From Clostridia bacterium (GTDB taxonomy: Bacteria; Bacillota; Clostridia; Oscillospirales; CAG-272): DNA of 52,451 bases. The translations under genes were made by a program, and so were the position numbers. The notes beneath the pieces were generated by a model. That model ran no database searches. It had not been told where the DNA came from and saw only the letters and a program-made list of their open reading frames with translations. Below, piece by piece: positions 18,817-28,373 of the stretch. The stretch covers positions 1-52,451 of the forward strand of contig JAFSGU010000059.1 in the NCBI GenBank assembly GCA_017440665.1, given 5' to 3'. Numbering within the stretch: the first letter of the stretch is position 1; each line of letters starts with the position of its first letter.

Positions 18817-20658
18817 ATGCTTGAAAGAATCAATTCTCCGTCGGATGTCAAAGGTCTTTCTTTAGACGAGAAAAAGACGCTTGCCGACGAGATAAGACAA
18901 GAGATCATACGGGTGGTATCGGTAAACGGCGGCCATCTTGCATCCAATCTGGGTGCGGTGGAGCTGACCCTTGCCATGCACACCGTATTCGACTGCCCGC
19001 GGGACAAGTTTATCTTCGACGTGGGACATCAGTGCTACACGCACAAGCTTCTTACGGGACGAGCTGAGAAATTCGATACTCTCCGCACATACGGAGGCAT
19101 CTCCGGCTTTACAAACGTAGACGAGAGTGAGTATGATACCGTTACCGCAGGTCACAGCGGACCGTCTATTTCCACGGCTCTCGGTATCGCGTCCTCCGAA
19201 GCGATAAGGGGAAGCGATTCCGTTACGGTGGCAGTGGTAGGCGACGGCTCGTTCACCAACGGAATGATATTCGAAGCGCTCAATAACTGCTCAGGCAAAA
19301 AGCTGAAGCTGGTTATCATCTTAAATGATAACGGAATGTCCATCTCCGAAAATGTTGGCGGACTTCCGAAATATTTTTCAAGGATCCGAACCAGCGAAAA
19401 GTACTTCGGATTCAAGGATTTTATGAAAACACAGGTGGTGCGTCTGCCATTTGTCGGCAAGCATATCGTAAGGTTTGCCATGCACGTGAAAAACGGCGTG
19501 AAGCGTCTTTTCCTCCACGACAATATTTTCGAAAATCTTGGTATCGAGTATCTCGGACCGGTTGACGGTAACGATCTTGAAAAGCTTACGAAAGTGCTCA
19601 GAGAAGCATCCACACGCGACGAATGTACCGTAGTCCACGTAAGAACGAAGAAGGGTCTTGGCTACGGTCCTGCGGAAAAGCTTCCGGGCAAATACCACTC
19701 TGCATCGGTATTCGACCCTGCTACGGGTGAGAGCGAGCCTTCAGGCATGAGCTTCACCTATGCGGTGGGAGACGTGCTTTGCAGTCTTGCGCAGGAGAAT
19801 GAGAATATCTGCGCTGTATCTGCGGCAATGACCGACGGTACGGGACTTGACGGCTTTGCGGAGCTGTTCCCCCACAGATTTTTCGACGTGGGTATTGCCG
19901 AGGAGCACGCTATCGCCTTCAGCGGAGGTCTTGCGCTTAGCGGACACCATCCGGTGTGCGTGCTGTATTCCACCTTTGCACAGAGAGTTTACGATCAGCT
20001 TTTCCACGATATCGTACTGCAGAAGGTGCCGCTTACGTTCCTTCTCAGCCACGCGGGACTTGTTCCGGGTGACGGAATCACCCATCAGGGGCTTTTCGAC
20101 GTGGCGCTGTTTTCGTCCATCCCCGGGGTGAATATCTATTCCCCCGACAATTATGCAGAGCTTGCTAACATTATAGGAGCGTCCGTTGCGGGACGGGGTG
20201 TGGATATAATCAGATATCCCAAGGGACGCGAGGCTGTATACGACAGAAGCGTGTTTAAGAGAAACGGCGACGTGTTCTCGTGGGTGCCGGAGGACGTGGA
20301 GGCAGTTATCGTGACCTACGGTAGAGTAACCTCCATTGCGGTGGAGGCGGCAAAGATGAGCAGATATAAGGTGGGAGTGGTGAGAGTATCAAGACTTCTT
20401 CCTCTGCCCATAAACGAGATACTTGATGCACTCGGGAACGTACCCTTCGTATACTTCCTTGAGGAGGGTATGCGTCGCGGCGGCTTTGCTGAAAGGCTGT
20501 CTGCACACTTTATTGAGAGAGAGTATTACCCGAGAACGGTCATTCACGCGGTAAACGGGGAGTTCGTGCCGCACGGAGATACGGCAAAGCTGTTCGAGCG
20601 CTTCGGTTTTACAGCCGAAGAGGTGACCTCACGACTTGAAAGAAATATATACAGATAA
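18817..20658 (+). CDS. dxs: 1-deoxy-D-xylulose-5-phosphate synthase
   Basis: GGHLASNLGAVELT, FDVGHQCY.HKLLTGR, GDGS..G, DVGIAEEHA, DGITHQG. Confidence 0.96.
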   Translation: MLERINSPSDVKGLSLDEKKTLADEIRQEIIRVVSVNGGHLASNLGAVELTLAMHTVFDCPRDKFIFDVGHQCYTHKLLTGRAEKFDTLRTYGGISGFTNVDESEYDTVTAGHSGPSISTALGIASSEAIRGSDSVTVAVVGDGSFTNGMIFEALNNCSGKKLKLVIILNDNGMSISENVGGLPKYFSRIRTSEKYFGFKDFMKTQVVRLPFVGKHIVRFAMHVKNGVKRLFLHDNIFENLGIEYLGPVDGNDLEKLTKVLREASTRDECTVVHVRTKKGLGYGPAEKLPGKYHSASVFDPATGESEPSGMSFTYAVGDVLCSLAQENENICAVSAAMTDGTGLDGFAELFPHRFFDVGIAEEHAIAFSGGLALSGHHPVCVLYSTFAQRVYDQLFHDIVLQKVPLTFLLSHAGLVPGDGITHQGLFDVALFSSIPGVNIYSPDNYAELANIIGASVAGRGVDIIRYPKGREAVYDRSVFKRNGDVFSWVPEDVEAVIVTYGRVTSIAVEAAKMSRYKVGVVRVSRLLPLPINEILDALGNVPFVYFLEEGMRRGGFAERLSAHFIEREYYPRTVIHAVNGEFVPHGDTAKLFERFGFTAEEVTSRLERNIYR

Positions 20659-20729
20659 AAACTGCTACAGACGGCAGATTGAAGAATTACAAATCTATTT
20701 AATTGCCGAAAGGCAGAATGGAGTAAATT

Positions 20730-21338
20730 ATGAAAGACAAAATTTATCTTTTTAACGGTGAAAATCTTGACGGTTGGTATGCGTATGATACCATCAAATT
20801 AGCTCCTGCAGATGAGCGCCCCAACTGGGACATCAAGGACGGCGTTTACACCGTGACCAAATATGACATCTACTCTGAGTATGAGTACGGAGATGCACAC
20901 GTGCACGTTGAGTTCAACCTGCCCTATATGCCGGACAGGGAAGGACAGTGGAGAGCGAACAGCGGTCTTTATATCCACGGCTGCTATGAGATACAGATCC
21001 TTGATACCTACGGCAAGGAGGGCGAGACTGCACTTGACGACTGCGGGGCTATCTACGGTATTGCAGCTCCTCTTGTTAATGCTTGTAAGGCACCCGGTGA
21101 GTGGCAGGCATACGACGTATTCGTACGCGCCGCACGTCTTAACGAGGACGGAAGCGTTGCAAAGCACGCGGTAATGACCGTATTCCTCAACGGCGAGCTT
21201 ATCCACAATAACGTTGAACTTCCCCATCACTGCGCCTGCGGCAACTACGAGAGGATCGTTGAGAGAGGTCCTGTGTTCCTTCAGGATCACGCCTGCCCCG
21301 TAAGCTTCAGAAACGTTTGGGTACGTGAGCTTGACTGA
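20730..21338 (+). CDS. DUF1080 (3-keto-glycoside hydrolase-like) protein, paralog 1
   Basis: LFNGENLDGW, NSG, YEIQILD, CGAIYG, PGEWQ.YD, LQDH...VSFRNVW. Confidence 0.9.
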   Translation: MKDKIYLFNGENLDGWYAYDTIKLAPADERPNWDIKDGVYTVTKYDIYSEYEYGDAHVHVEFNLPYMPDREGQWRANSGLYIHGCYEIQILDTYGKEGETALDDCGAIYGIAAPLVNACKAPGEWQAYDVFVRAARLNEDGSVAKHAVMTVFLNGELIHNNVELPHHCACGNYERIVERGPVFLQDHACPVSFRNVWVRELD

Positions 21339-21364
21339 TCTTATTACGCAGAGAGGTAATTGTA

Positions 21365-21958
21365 ATGAAAGAAAAGGTGATTCTTTTTGACGGCACCAAT
21401 CTTGACGGATTCGTAAGCTGTTCCACGGGCGAAAAGGCAGAGTGGGACGTGCATGACGGCATGATGACCGTAGTACCCGGTAAGGGAGACATCAGAAGCA
21501 TATATGAGTACAGCGACGCACACGTACACGTTGAGTTCAATCTCCCCTACATGCCCGAGATGACGGGTCAGGGCAGAGCAAACAGCGGCGTTTACGTTCA
21601 GGGCTGTTATGAGATCCAGGTGCTCGACTCCTCCATGAACGCTCACACCAACTGCTGTGAGTGCGGCGGTATCTACGAGCTTGCAAACCCCATTAATAAT
21701 ATGTGCAAGGCTCCCGGTGAGTGGCAGACGTACGATATCATCCTCAGAAGCGCGCGTCTTAACGAGGACGGCAGTGTAAAAAGCCACGGTATCATCACTC
21801 TTATTCACAACGGAGAGGTCATCCACAATAACGTTATCCTTACAAGCCGTACCCCCGGCGGATGCTACAGATACATAGCTGAGAGAGGTCCCGTAATGCT
21901 TCAGGACCATGACTGCCCCGTAAGCTACAGAAATATCTGGGTACAGCCCCTGGACTGA
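21365..21958 (+). CDS. DUF1080 (3-keto-glycoside hydrolase-like) protein, paralog 2
   Basis: LFDGTNLDG, NSGVY, YEIQVLDS, PGEWQTYDI, LQDH...VSYRNIW. Confidence 0.9.
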   Translation: MKEKVILFDGTNLDGFVSCSTGEKAEWDVHDGMMTVVPGKGDIRSIYEYSDAHVHVEFNLPYMPEMTGQGRANSGVYVQGCYEIQVLDSSMNAHTNCCECGGIYELANPINNMCKAPGEWQTYDIILRSARLNEDGSVKSHGIITLIHNGEVIHNNVILTSRTPGGCYRYIAERGPVMLQDHDCPVSYRNIWVQPLD

Positions 21959-22027
21959 TAAGCCGCCGATTGATAATTGAAGATCGAGTATATTGACGTC
22001 TTCGGCCTTCGATCAATGCATTCTCCT

Positions 22028-22057
22028 GTCACACATTACTGTTTCCGTGCATATTAT
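22028..22057 (+). promoter_or_regulatory. putative sigma-E promoter of spoVM
   Basis: GTCACAC...CATATTAT resembles the sigma-E -35 / CATAnnnT -10 arrangement. Confidence 0.5.
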
Positions 22058-22111
22058 AAAAGCAGAGATATGTAAGACTTGCGATTACATATAACGAAAG
22101 GATGATATGCC

Positions 22112-22195
22112 GTGAAAGTAGTACTCATTAAAAGTCCCCGTACGGTATCTCCGATCCTGAGAAGGATATTCCGTATACAAAAGCGCGGACGCTGA
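22112..22195 (+). CDS. spoVM: stage V sporulation protein SpoVM (27 aa)
   Basis: Below the ORF-track cutoff. MKVVLIKSPRTVSPILRRIFRIQKRGR has Lys7, Pro9 and an amphipathic helix as in SpoVM; AAAGGA RBS and own terminator. Confidence 0.85.
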   Translation: MKVVLIKSPRTVSPILRRIFRIQKRGR

Positions 22196-22211
22196 CATAC
22201 AGACAGAAATC

Positions 22212-22251
22212 ACAGTTCCTTGAGAGTAACGTTTCAGGGAACTGTTTTTTT
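22212..22251 (+). terminator. intrinsic terminator after spoVM
   Basis: ACAGTTCCTTGA / TCAGGGAACTGT stem plus T-run. Confidence 0.8.
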
Positions 22252-22427
22252 GCGCGTGCTTTACAGACGAAAAGAAAAAATATATAAATTACCTAAACTT
22301 TACGTCCCGAAGCGTCAGTTTTCCTTGACAAAACAGCAGATTTATTGTATCATTATATTGTGGGGAAGTGTACGGCTACGTACCTCCACGACTACCGATA
22401 TTATTCGTGAAAGCGAGGCTGATCACC

Positions 22428-23570
22428 GTGAAAAAAATTATAGTTTTAATGCTCGTTGCCGTTATGTGCCTCGGGGTATTGTGTTCGTGCTCTGATGAAA
22501 AGATAGAAACCGGTGTGATCGGTATCGGCGGCATCGGTCCCCTTTCGGGTAATACCTCCGCTTACGGTACCGCAGTAAAAAACGGTGCGCAGCTGGCAGT
22601 TGATGAGATCAACGCAATGGGAGGCCTGCAGTTTGCCCTTAACTTCAAGGATGACAAAAACTCTCCCTCTGTCAGTGCTAAATCATACGATAAGCTCAGA
22701 GAGTGGGGTATGCACGTGCTTTTAGGTGCCGCTACCACTGAGCCCTGCCTCAGAGTGGTTGATCTTGCCGACGAGCACAGAATATTCACCGTAACTCCTT
22801 CTGCTTCATCGCCTGAGGTTACCGAGGGGCACGATAACGTGTTCCGCGTAGCGTACAACGATAACGCGCAGGGTAAAGCGGCGGCAGACTATATCGCCGC
22901 AAACGCCCTTGCTCAGAAGATAGGTATCATCTACAAATCCGACGATACGTACTCAAAGGGTGTTTATGAAGCATTCAAGGCGGAGGCAGAGCGACTGGAG
23001 CTTGAGATCGTGAGCGAGTCCTCCTTTAAAGACGGGAAGAAGAGCTTTAAGAAGAACGTTACCGAGGCGATGGAGGCAGGCGCTGAGCTTTTGTTCTGCC
23101 CCGTATACTACGAGCCTGCGGCAAAGATAATTACTGCATCGTCCGAGATCGAGTATTCTCCCATATTCTTCGGTACCGACGGCCTTGACGGACTTTTCTC
23201 CGTTGAAGGCTTTAACAAGGAGCTTGCAGAAGGCGTTCACCTCCTGAGTCCCATTCCCGCGGACTTCACAAACGATAAAACAAGACAGTTTATGGAAGAA
23301 TACCAGTCCAGTTACGGTGTGCTTCCCAATCAGTTTGCCGCCGATGCATACGACGCTGTTTACGCGATATACACCGCGGCGGTGCATGCGGGAATTACCG
23401 CTGATATGACAGCTGAGGAAATGTGCGACCTTCTGTCTGAAGCAATGACTGAGATCACCCTTGACGGTATCACAGGCTCAGGCAACAGCCTTACCTGGGA
23501 CGCGAGCGGCGAGGTACAGAAAGCCCCCGTCGTGGTAGTTATCCAGAACGGAATGTACGTAAAGAAGTAA
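22428..23570 (+). CDS. branched-chain amino acid ABC transporter substrate-binding lipoprotein (LivJ/K family)
   Basis: Lipoprotein signal ending in Cys; IGGIGPLSG...YG...KNGAQLAVDEINA; FAADAYDAVY. GTG start at 22428 (ORF 22368..23570). Confidence 0.88.
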   Translation: MKKIIVLMLVAVMCLGVLCSCSDEKIETGVIGIGGIGPLSGNTSAYGTAVKNGAQLAVDEINAMGGLQFALNFKDDKNSPSVSAKSYDKLREWGMHVLLGAATTEPCLRVVDLADEHRIFTVTPSASSPEVTEGHDNVFRVAYNDNAQGKAAADYIAANALAQKIGIIYKSDDTYSKGVYEAFKAEAERLELEIVSESSFKDGKKSFKKNVTEAMEAGAELLFCPVYYEPAAKIITASSEIEYSPIFFGTDGLDGLFSVEGFNKELAEGVHLLSPIPADFTNDKTRQFMEEYQSSYGVLPNQFAADAYDAVYAIYTAAVHAGITADMTAEEMCDLLSEAMTEITLDGITGSGNSLTWDASGEVQKAPVVVVIQNGMYVKK

Positions 23571-23652
23571 GTTATAAGCAATTTTTGAAAAATAATGAGT
23601 ACTGTGGCTTTTCGCTTAGGCGGAAAGCTTCAGTAATTGTATCTGAAAGGAA

Positions 23653-25833
23653 ATGAAAATGACAAGTAATCCCCAAATCGACTGCTTTGCCAACGGCTTT
23701 TTGTCAGATCCCTCCCTCCCTTACGAGGAAAGAATAGGTCTCGGCCTTGTGGAAATGGCTAAATATACGGATATCTCCTTTAAGGATTATATCCTGCCTA
23801 CCGCTGAGTGGATGCCCTCCGACAGCGCAGTAGGCTTTATGCACGCGTCGGGTATCAAGGTAATGGCAGACAGATATGACGCCCTTATCGAAAAGTATCC
23901 CGAAGAGGCGGAGGCTCTTGAGGCTCACCGCGAAGAGATGTGCTCTTACCTTAACTACGACTTCCACTATGCGGGAACGGACGTAGGCGCACGCCTTTCA
24001 TCTGCCAAGGCAGGCTGGGGCGGCGGATGGGGCGGACACGCAAATCCCGACTTCGGTAAGATCGTCAACGTGGGTACCGACGGTATCCGCGCAGAGATAG
24101 AAAGATACAGAGCGTTAAATCCCGGTAAGGATGCGTTCTACAACGGTTGCCGCTACGCAATGGATTCACTTGATATCCTGGGCGACAGATTTTTGTCTCT
24201 CGCCCGTCAGATGGCGGAGACCTGCGAAAACGAGGCTGACCGCAAGCGTTACGAGGATGCGGCACGTGCTTTTGAAGTTATTCCGAGACGTCCCGCATAT
24301 GACTTCACATCTGCTGTTCACGCATTCTGGCTCGTATTTGCCGTGGATGCATTCGACTCTCCCGGGCGTCTTGACCAGATGCTCCGCCGTTGTTATGAGG
24401 CAACTGACGACAGGGAAGAGATACACGATATGCTCTCCCGCCTGTGGGATGCTTTCCATGAGACCCGTACATGGCACGTTACCCTGGGCGGTACGGACGA
24501 AAACTGGAACGATATGTGCTTCGGCCTTACCCTTGACATGCTGAAGATCACTGAGGAAAAGGGATACAATACTCCCAACCTTTCCGTGAGGACCCACAAG
24601 GGTACCCCCGAGGAGATATGGCGTGCGGCGGCTGACTGCCTTGCGGCGGGTACCGCGCTTCCCACCCTTTACAACGACCACGTAGTTTGCGCCGCACTCG
24701 AAAAGATCGGTATTCCCCCCCATGACAGTCACGAATACTGCATGAACGGCTGTAACCAGATCGATATCTTCGGAAAGAGCCACATGGGTCTTGAGGACGG
24801 CGAGGTATGCCTTGCAAAATGTGTTGAATTCGCGCTGTTCAACGGTTGCGATCCTATGTGCCCCGTGTGTGACAGATACAGTGTAAATTCGGGTGACGCG
24901 AGAAGATTTAAGACGTTTGAAGAATTTATGCGTGCCGTAAAGCGTCAGATATCCTATGTGGTATACGGTATGACGCAGAACTCCAATGCAAGCCAGCACG
25001 CAAAGTCCTATTCGGGACACAACCCCCTTCGTTCATGCCTTACCGAGGGATGCTTTGAGAAGGGCGTTGACTACCGCGACGGCGGCCCTCTTTATAACCA
25101 CGGACAGATACTTGCAGAGGGTATTGCAGACGCGGGCGACAGCGTATATGCTGTTAAGAAGCTTATTTACGATGAGAAAAAGTACACAATGGACCTGCTT
25201 TTGGATGCGCTTCTTGCCGATTTTGAGGGGTACGAAGACCTTTACCGCGATTTTTCCTCCTGCGCCAAGTTCGGCAACGATATAGAAGAGGTGGATGAGA
25301 TCACGGCTGAGCTTACGAATTACTTCCTCCGCGAGCTTAAGCGCCACCGTACATACAGAGGCGGTATATTCACGGGCGGATGTTCACCTGAGGCGAGAAT
25401 TGCCGATTACGGAAAGCGTATCGGCGCGCTTCCCAACGGAAAGAGACGCGGCACTCCCATGCTTGCGGACAGTATCTGTGCTACTCCCGGTAATGATATG
25501 GCGGGTCCCACAGCGGCAGTAAAATCCGCCCTTCACTACGATCAGGAGGAGGCGTGCAGCGGATTTATCTTCCAGATCAAATTCGAGAAGAAGGCTTTTT
25601 GTACCGAGAAGGGCAAGGAAAGCTTTATCGCCCTTGTAAAGAGCTACTTCGCAGGCGGCGGTCAGCAGGTGACCACTACGGTGGTATCTCCCGAAGATCT
25701 TCGCCGTGCCAAGGAGGATCCCGAAGGCTATGAGAGCCTTAAGGTCCGTATCGGCGGATACAGCGGATACTTTACCGAATTTGACCCCGAGCTTCAGGAT
25801 AATATCATTGCAAGGACCGAGCATATGATGTAA
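23653..25833 (+). CDS. glycyl radical enzyme (PFL-like family, substrate unknown)
   Basis: SPGRLDQ, PNLSVR, Cys loop CMNGCNQ, GPTA, C-terminal glycyl loop LKVRIGGYSGYF..F..ELQD.IIART. Confidence 0.9.
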   Translation: MKMTSNPQIDCFANGFLSDPSLPYEERIGLGLVEMAKYTDISFKDYILPTAEWMPSDSAVGFMHASGIKVMADRYDALIEKYPEEAEALEAHREEMCSYLNYDFHYAGTDVGARLSSAKAGWGGGWGGHANPDFGKIVNVGTDGIRAEIERYRALNPGKDAFYNGCRYAMDSLDILGDRFLSLARQMAETCENEADRKRYEDAARAFEVIPRRPAYDFTSAVHAFWLVFAVDAFDSPGRLDQMLRRCYEATDDREEIHDMLSRLWDAFHETRTWHVTLGGTDENWNDMCFGLTLDMLKITEEKGYNTPNLSVRTHKGTPEEIWRAAADCLAAGTALPTLYNDHVVCAALEKIGIPPHDSHEYCMNGCNQIDIFGKSHMGLEDGEVCLAKCVEFALFNGCDPMCPVCDRYSVNSGDARRFKTFEEFMRAVKRQISYVVYGMTQNSNASQHAKSYSGHNPLRSCLTEGCFEKGVDYRDGGPLYNHGQILAEGIADAGDSVYAVKKLIYDEKKYTMDLLLDALLADFEGYEDLYRDFSSCAKFGNDIEEVDEITAELTNYFLRELKRHRTYRGGIFTGGCSPEARIADYGKRIGALPNGKRRGTPMLADSICATPGNDMAGPTAAVKSALHYDQEEACSGFIFQIKFEKKAFCTEKGKESFIALVKSYFAGGGQQVTTTVVSPEDLRRAKEDPEGYESLKVRIGGYSGYFTEFDPELQDNIIARTEHMM

Positions 25834-25930
25834 TCGACCGTGTGTTTTGTGAACTTTTTTGAAGATTTGCCCCATACCTTCGGTATGCTTTATGAAAGCT
25901 TACAATAACTGAAAAAACTCGTAAAAACAC

Positions 25931-25959
25931 TTGCAATTTTACCTTCAGTATGGTACAAT
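25931..25959 (+). promoter_or_regulatory. sigma-A promoter of the rimP-nusA-infB operon
   Basis: TTGCAA-17bp-TACAAT with TG extension. Confidence 0.75.
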
Positions 25960-25983
25960 AATTAAGGTAAGATCAATATCCTC

Positions 25984-26017
25984 AGGAGAGTGGGCAGAAA
26001 AGTCCACTCTCTTGTTT
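25984..26017 (+). promoter_or_regulatory. rimP leader hairpin (attenuator-like)
   Basis: AGGAGAGTGGGC / GTCCACTCTCTT stem plus weak U-tail in the rimP 5' UTR; matches the GAGTGGG..CCCACTC type of leader. Confidence 0.7.
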
Positions 26018-26070
26018 ATGATATGAAGTTTCACCCAAACTACATTTAACACGAAGAGAGGTTAAAACAA

Positions 26071-26559
26071 TTGAATCCTTACGGAAAGAAAAACATCGCA
26101 GGAACTGTGTGGGATCTGGTTGAACCCACGGCACATGAGCTTGGCTACAGTATTTGGGACGTGGAATACGTGAAGGAAGGTGCGGATATGTACCTGAGGA
26201 TCACTATCGACTCCGAGGAGGGCATCGATATTGACGACTGTGAGCGTATGACCCGCGCTATCGACCCCATGCTTGACGAGGCTGATCCTATCGAGGATTT
26301 CTATTATCTTGAGGTATCCTCTCCCGGAGTTGAGAGAGTGCTTACCATCGACGAGCATTTTGCGGCTATGGCAGGCAGTGAGGTTGAAATCAAGCTTTAC
26401 CGCGCGCTTGACGGATCCAAGGTGTTCCGCGGCGTGCTCGTAGGCAAAGAAGACGGCAAGATCACCATTACAACAGATGCAGGGGATGTCAGCTTTGACA
26501 GTAAGACCGTTGCAAAGTGCACCACCGTATTTGACTGGCAGTCTGCAATGAATAACTAA
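26071..26559 (+). CDS. rimP: ribosome maturation factor RimP
   Basis: LRITID..GIDIDDCE, Y.LEVSSPGVER. Confidence 0.95.
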   Translation: MNPYGKKNIAGTVWDLVEPTAHELGYSIWDVEYVKEGADMYLRITIDSEEGIDIDDCERMTRAIDPMLDEADPIEDFYYLEVSSPGVERVLTIDEHFAAMAGSEVEIKLYRALDGSKVFRGVLVGKEDGKITITTDAGDVSFDSKTVAKCTTVFDWQSAMNN

Positions 26560-26589
26560 AACGTATATATAATAATAGGAGAGACGAAA

Positions 26590-27621
26590 ATGAGCAAAGA
26601 ACTCTTTGAAGCGCTGGAGCTTCTTGAAAAGGAAAAGGGTATTCCCGTAGATTATATGCTTGAGAAGGTTGAGGCGGCTCTCGTTTCAGCTTACAAGAGA
26701 GAGTCCGGAAGCACGTCTGCACGCGTTGGTATCAACCGTGAAAAGCGTCAGCTTAAGCTTTACAGAATGAGAACAGTTGTTGAAGAGGTTCTTGACCCCA
26801 AGAGCGAGATCTCCCTTGAAGAGGCACAGAAGATCTCTCGCCGTTACGTTCTCGGCAGTGTAGTTGAGGACGAGGTCAAGACTAAGAACTTCGGACGTCT
26901 CAGCGCACAGACAGCAAAGCAGGTCATCGTTCAGGGTATCAGAGAAGCTGAGAAGAGCAATATCCTCAAGGACTATGAGAAGAAGCGTGAGGAGATCATC
27001 TCCGCTGTCGTAGTCAAGAGAGAAGAGGCTACCGGTGACGTTGTCGTTGACACAGGTACAAGCAACGCGCTTCTCCCCCGTGCAGAGCAGATCCCCGGCG
27101 AGGAGCTTTACGTTGGCGACCGTGTTAAGGTATTCGTTACCGAGGTCGGTAAGGCAGATGAAAAGGGTCCCATGGTAACTCTTTCAAGAACACATCCCTC
27201 TATGGTAAAGCGTATGTTTGAGTCCGAGATCCCCGAGATCCACGACGGCATCGTTCTTGTTAAGGGTATTTCCCGTGAGGCAGGCTCCAGAACGAAGATC
27301 GCAGTTGAGTCAAGAGACGAAAACGTAGATGCAGTAGGTGCTTGTATCGGTAACCGCGGAATGAGAATCTCCGAGATCGTAAACGAACTCCACGGTGAAA
27401 AGATCGACGTTGTTCAGTATTCCGAAAACGTAGAAAAGTACATCGCGGCGGCTCTCTCTCCCGCAACCGTAAGAGAGGTAGAGTTTGACGGCGAAAAGAG
27501 CGCTAAGGTAACGGTTGACGGCGACCAGCTTTCCCTTGCTATCGGTAAGGAAGGGCAGAACGTTCGTCTTGCCGCAAAGCTTACAGGCTGTAAGATCGAT
27601 ATAAAGGGTGTTAAGATCTGA
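26590..27621 (+). CDS. nusA: transcription termination/antitermination factor NusA
   Basis: FGRLSAQTAKQVI, SREAGSRTKIAV, GACIG, LSLAIGKEGQNVRLAAKLTG. Confidence 0.97.
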   Translation: MSKELFEALELLEKEKGIPVDYMLEKVEAALVSAYKRESGSTSARVGINREKRQLKLYRMRTVVEEVLDPKSEISLEEAQKISRRYVLGSVVEDEVKTKNFGRLSAQTAKQVIVQGIREAEKSNILKDYEKKREEIISAVVVKREEATGDVVVDTGTSNALLPRAEQIPGEELYVGDRVKVFVTEVGKADEKGPMVTLSRTHPSMVKRMFESEIPEIHDGIVLVKGISREAGSRTKIAVESRDENVDAVGACIGNRGMRISEIVNELHGEKIDVVQYSENVEKYIAAALSPATVREVEFDGEKSAKVTVDGDQLSLAIGKEGQNVRLAAKLTGCKIDIKGVKI

Positions 27622-27622
27622 A

Positions 27623-27931
27623 ATGAAGAACGGCGCACCTAAAATGAAAAAAGTTCCCGAGAGACGCTGCACGGGATGCGGACAGAGCTTCCCCAAAAAG
27701 GATCTGATCCGCGTGGTACGCTCTCCCGATGGAGAAGTTTCACTTGACTTCACCGGAAAGAAATCAGGCAGAGGGGCATATATTTGTCCTAACAGCACCT
27801 GCTTCAAGAAAGCGAGAAAGCAGGGCAGGATCGCAAGAAGCCTTGAAACCGAAATATCCGATGAGCTTTACGACATCCTCGAGCACGAGGTAAAGGTAAG
27901 CGAAGCGGAAGCGGCAGAAAAGATCGACTGA
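27623..27931 (+). CDS. ylxR: YlxR/RnpM RNA-binding protein
   Basis: P.RRC.GC...KKDLIRVVR...D.TGKK.GRGAY.C; synteny. Confidence 0.93.
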   Translation: MKNGAPKMKKVPERRCTGCGQSFPKKDLIRVVRSPDGEVSLDFTGKKSGRGAYICPNSTCFKKARKQGRIARSLETEISDELYDILEHEVKVSEAEAAEKID

Positions 27932-27932
27932 T

Positions 27933-28283
27933 ATGGATGCGGTGACACAGAAGATACTGTCCCTTTCGGGACTTTGCAGAAGAGCGGGCGGAGTGGTCCC
28001 CGGTGCGGACGCCGTTATAACGGCTGTGCAGAAAAGATCTCATATGCCCGTAGCAGTCGTGATGTCAAGCTTTGCATCAGACAGAACGAAAAAGCAGATA
28101 ACAGACAAGACCGCGAACGCGGGTATTCCACTGATCATAATTGAAGCAGACGCATACGATATCGGCGAAAAGCTTGGTATCATATCGTCCTGTGCGGTAT
28201 ACGCACTGACCGGCAAGGGTCCGGCGGCCAACATACTGCAGATAGCCCGCGAAGCGAATATAGTCCGCAAGGCGGACAGATAA
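27933..28283 (+). CDS. L7Ae-family RNA-binding protein (YlxQ)
   Basis: LSLSGLCRRAG...G...V, AS.RTKK; lies between ylxR and infB. Confidence 0.8.
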   Translation: MDAVTQKILSLSGLCRRAGGVVPGADAVITAVQKRSHMPVAVVMSSFASDRTKKQITDKTANAGIPLIIIEADAYDIGEKLGIISSCAVYALTGKGPAANILQIAREANIVRKADR

Positions 28284-28373
28284 ACACAAAACGTGAAAAA
28301 TACGACGATTGCAGTCGTAAGTCCAAGTTTTCACGTATGCTTTGAAACGAAGCAGGAAAGCACGGTAATTAGT

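Noticed and set aside
22345-22427. Riboswitch or T-box upstream of the amino-acid binding protein
   Set aside because: The leader is too short and lacks a T-box sequence and terminator; only a weak hairpin is present.
24166-25020. 284-aa antisense ORF inside the GRE gene; similar shadow ORFs lie over spo0A and the SLH genes
   Set aside because: Fully overlaps well-supported genes on the opposite strand.
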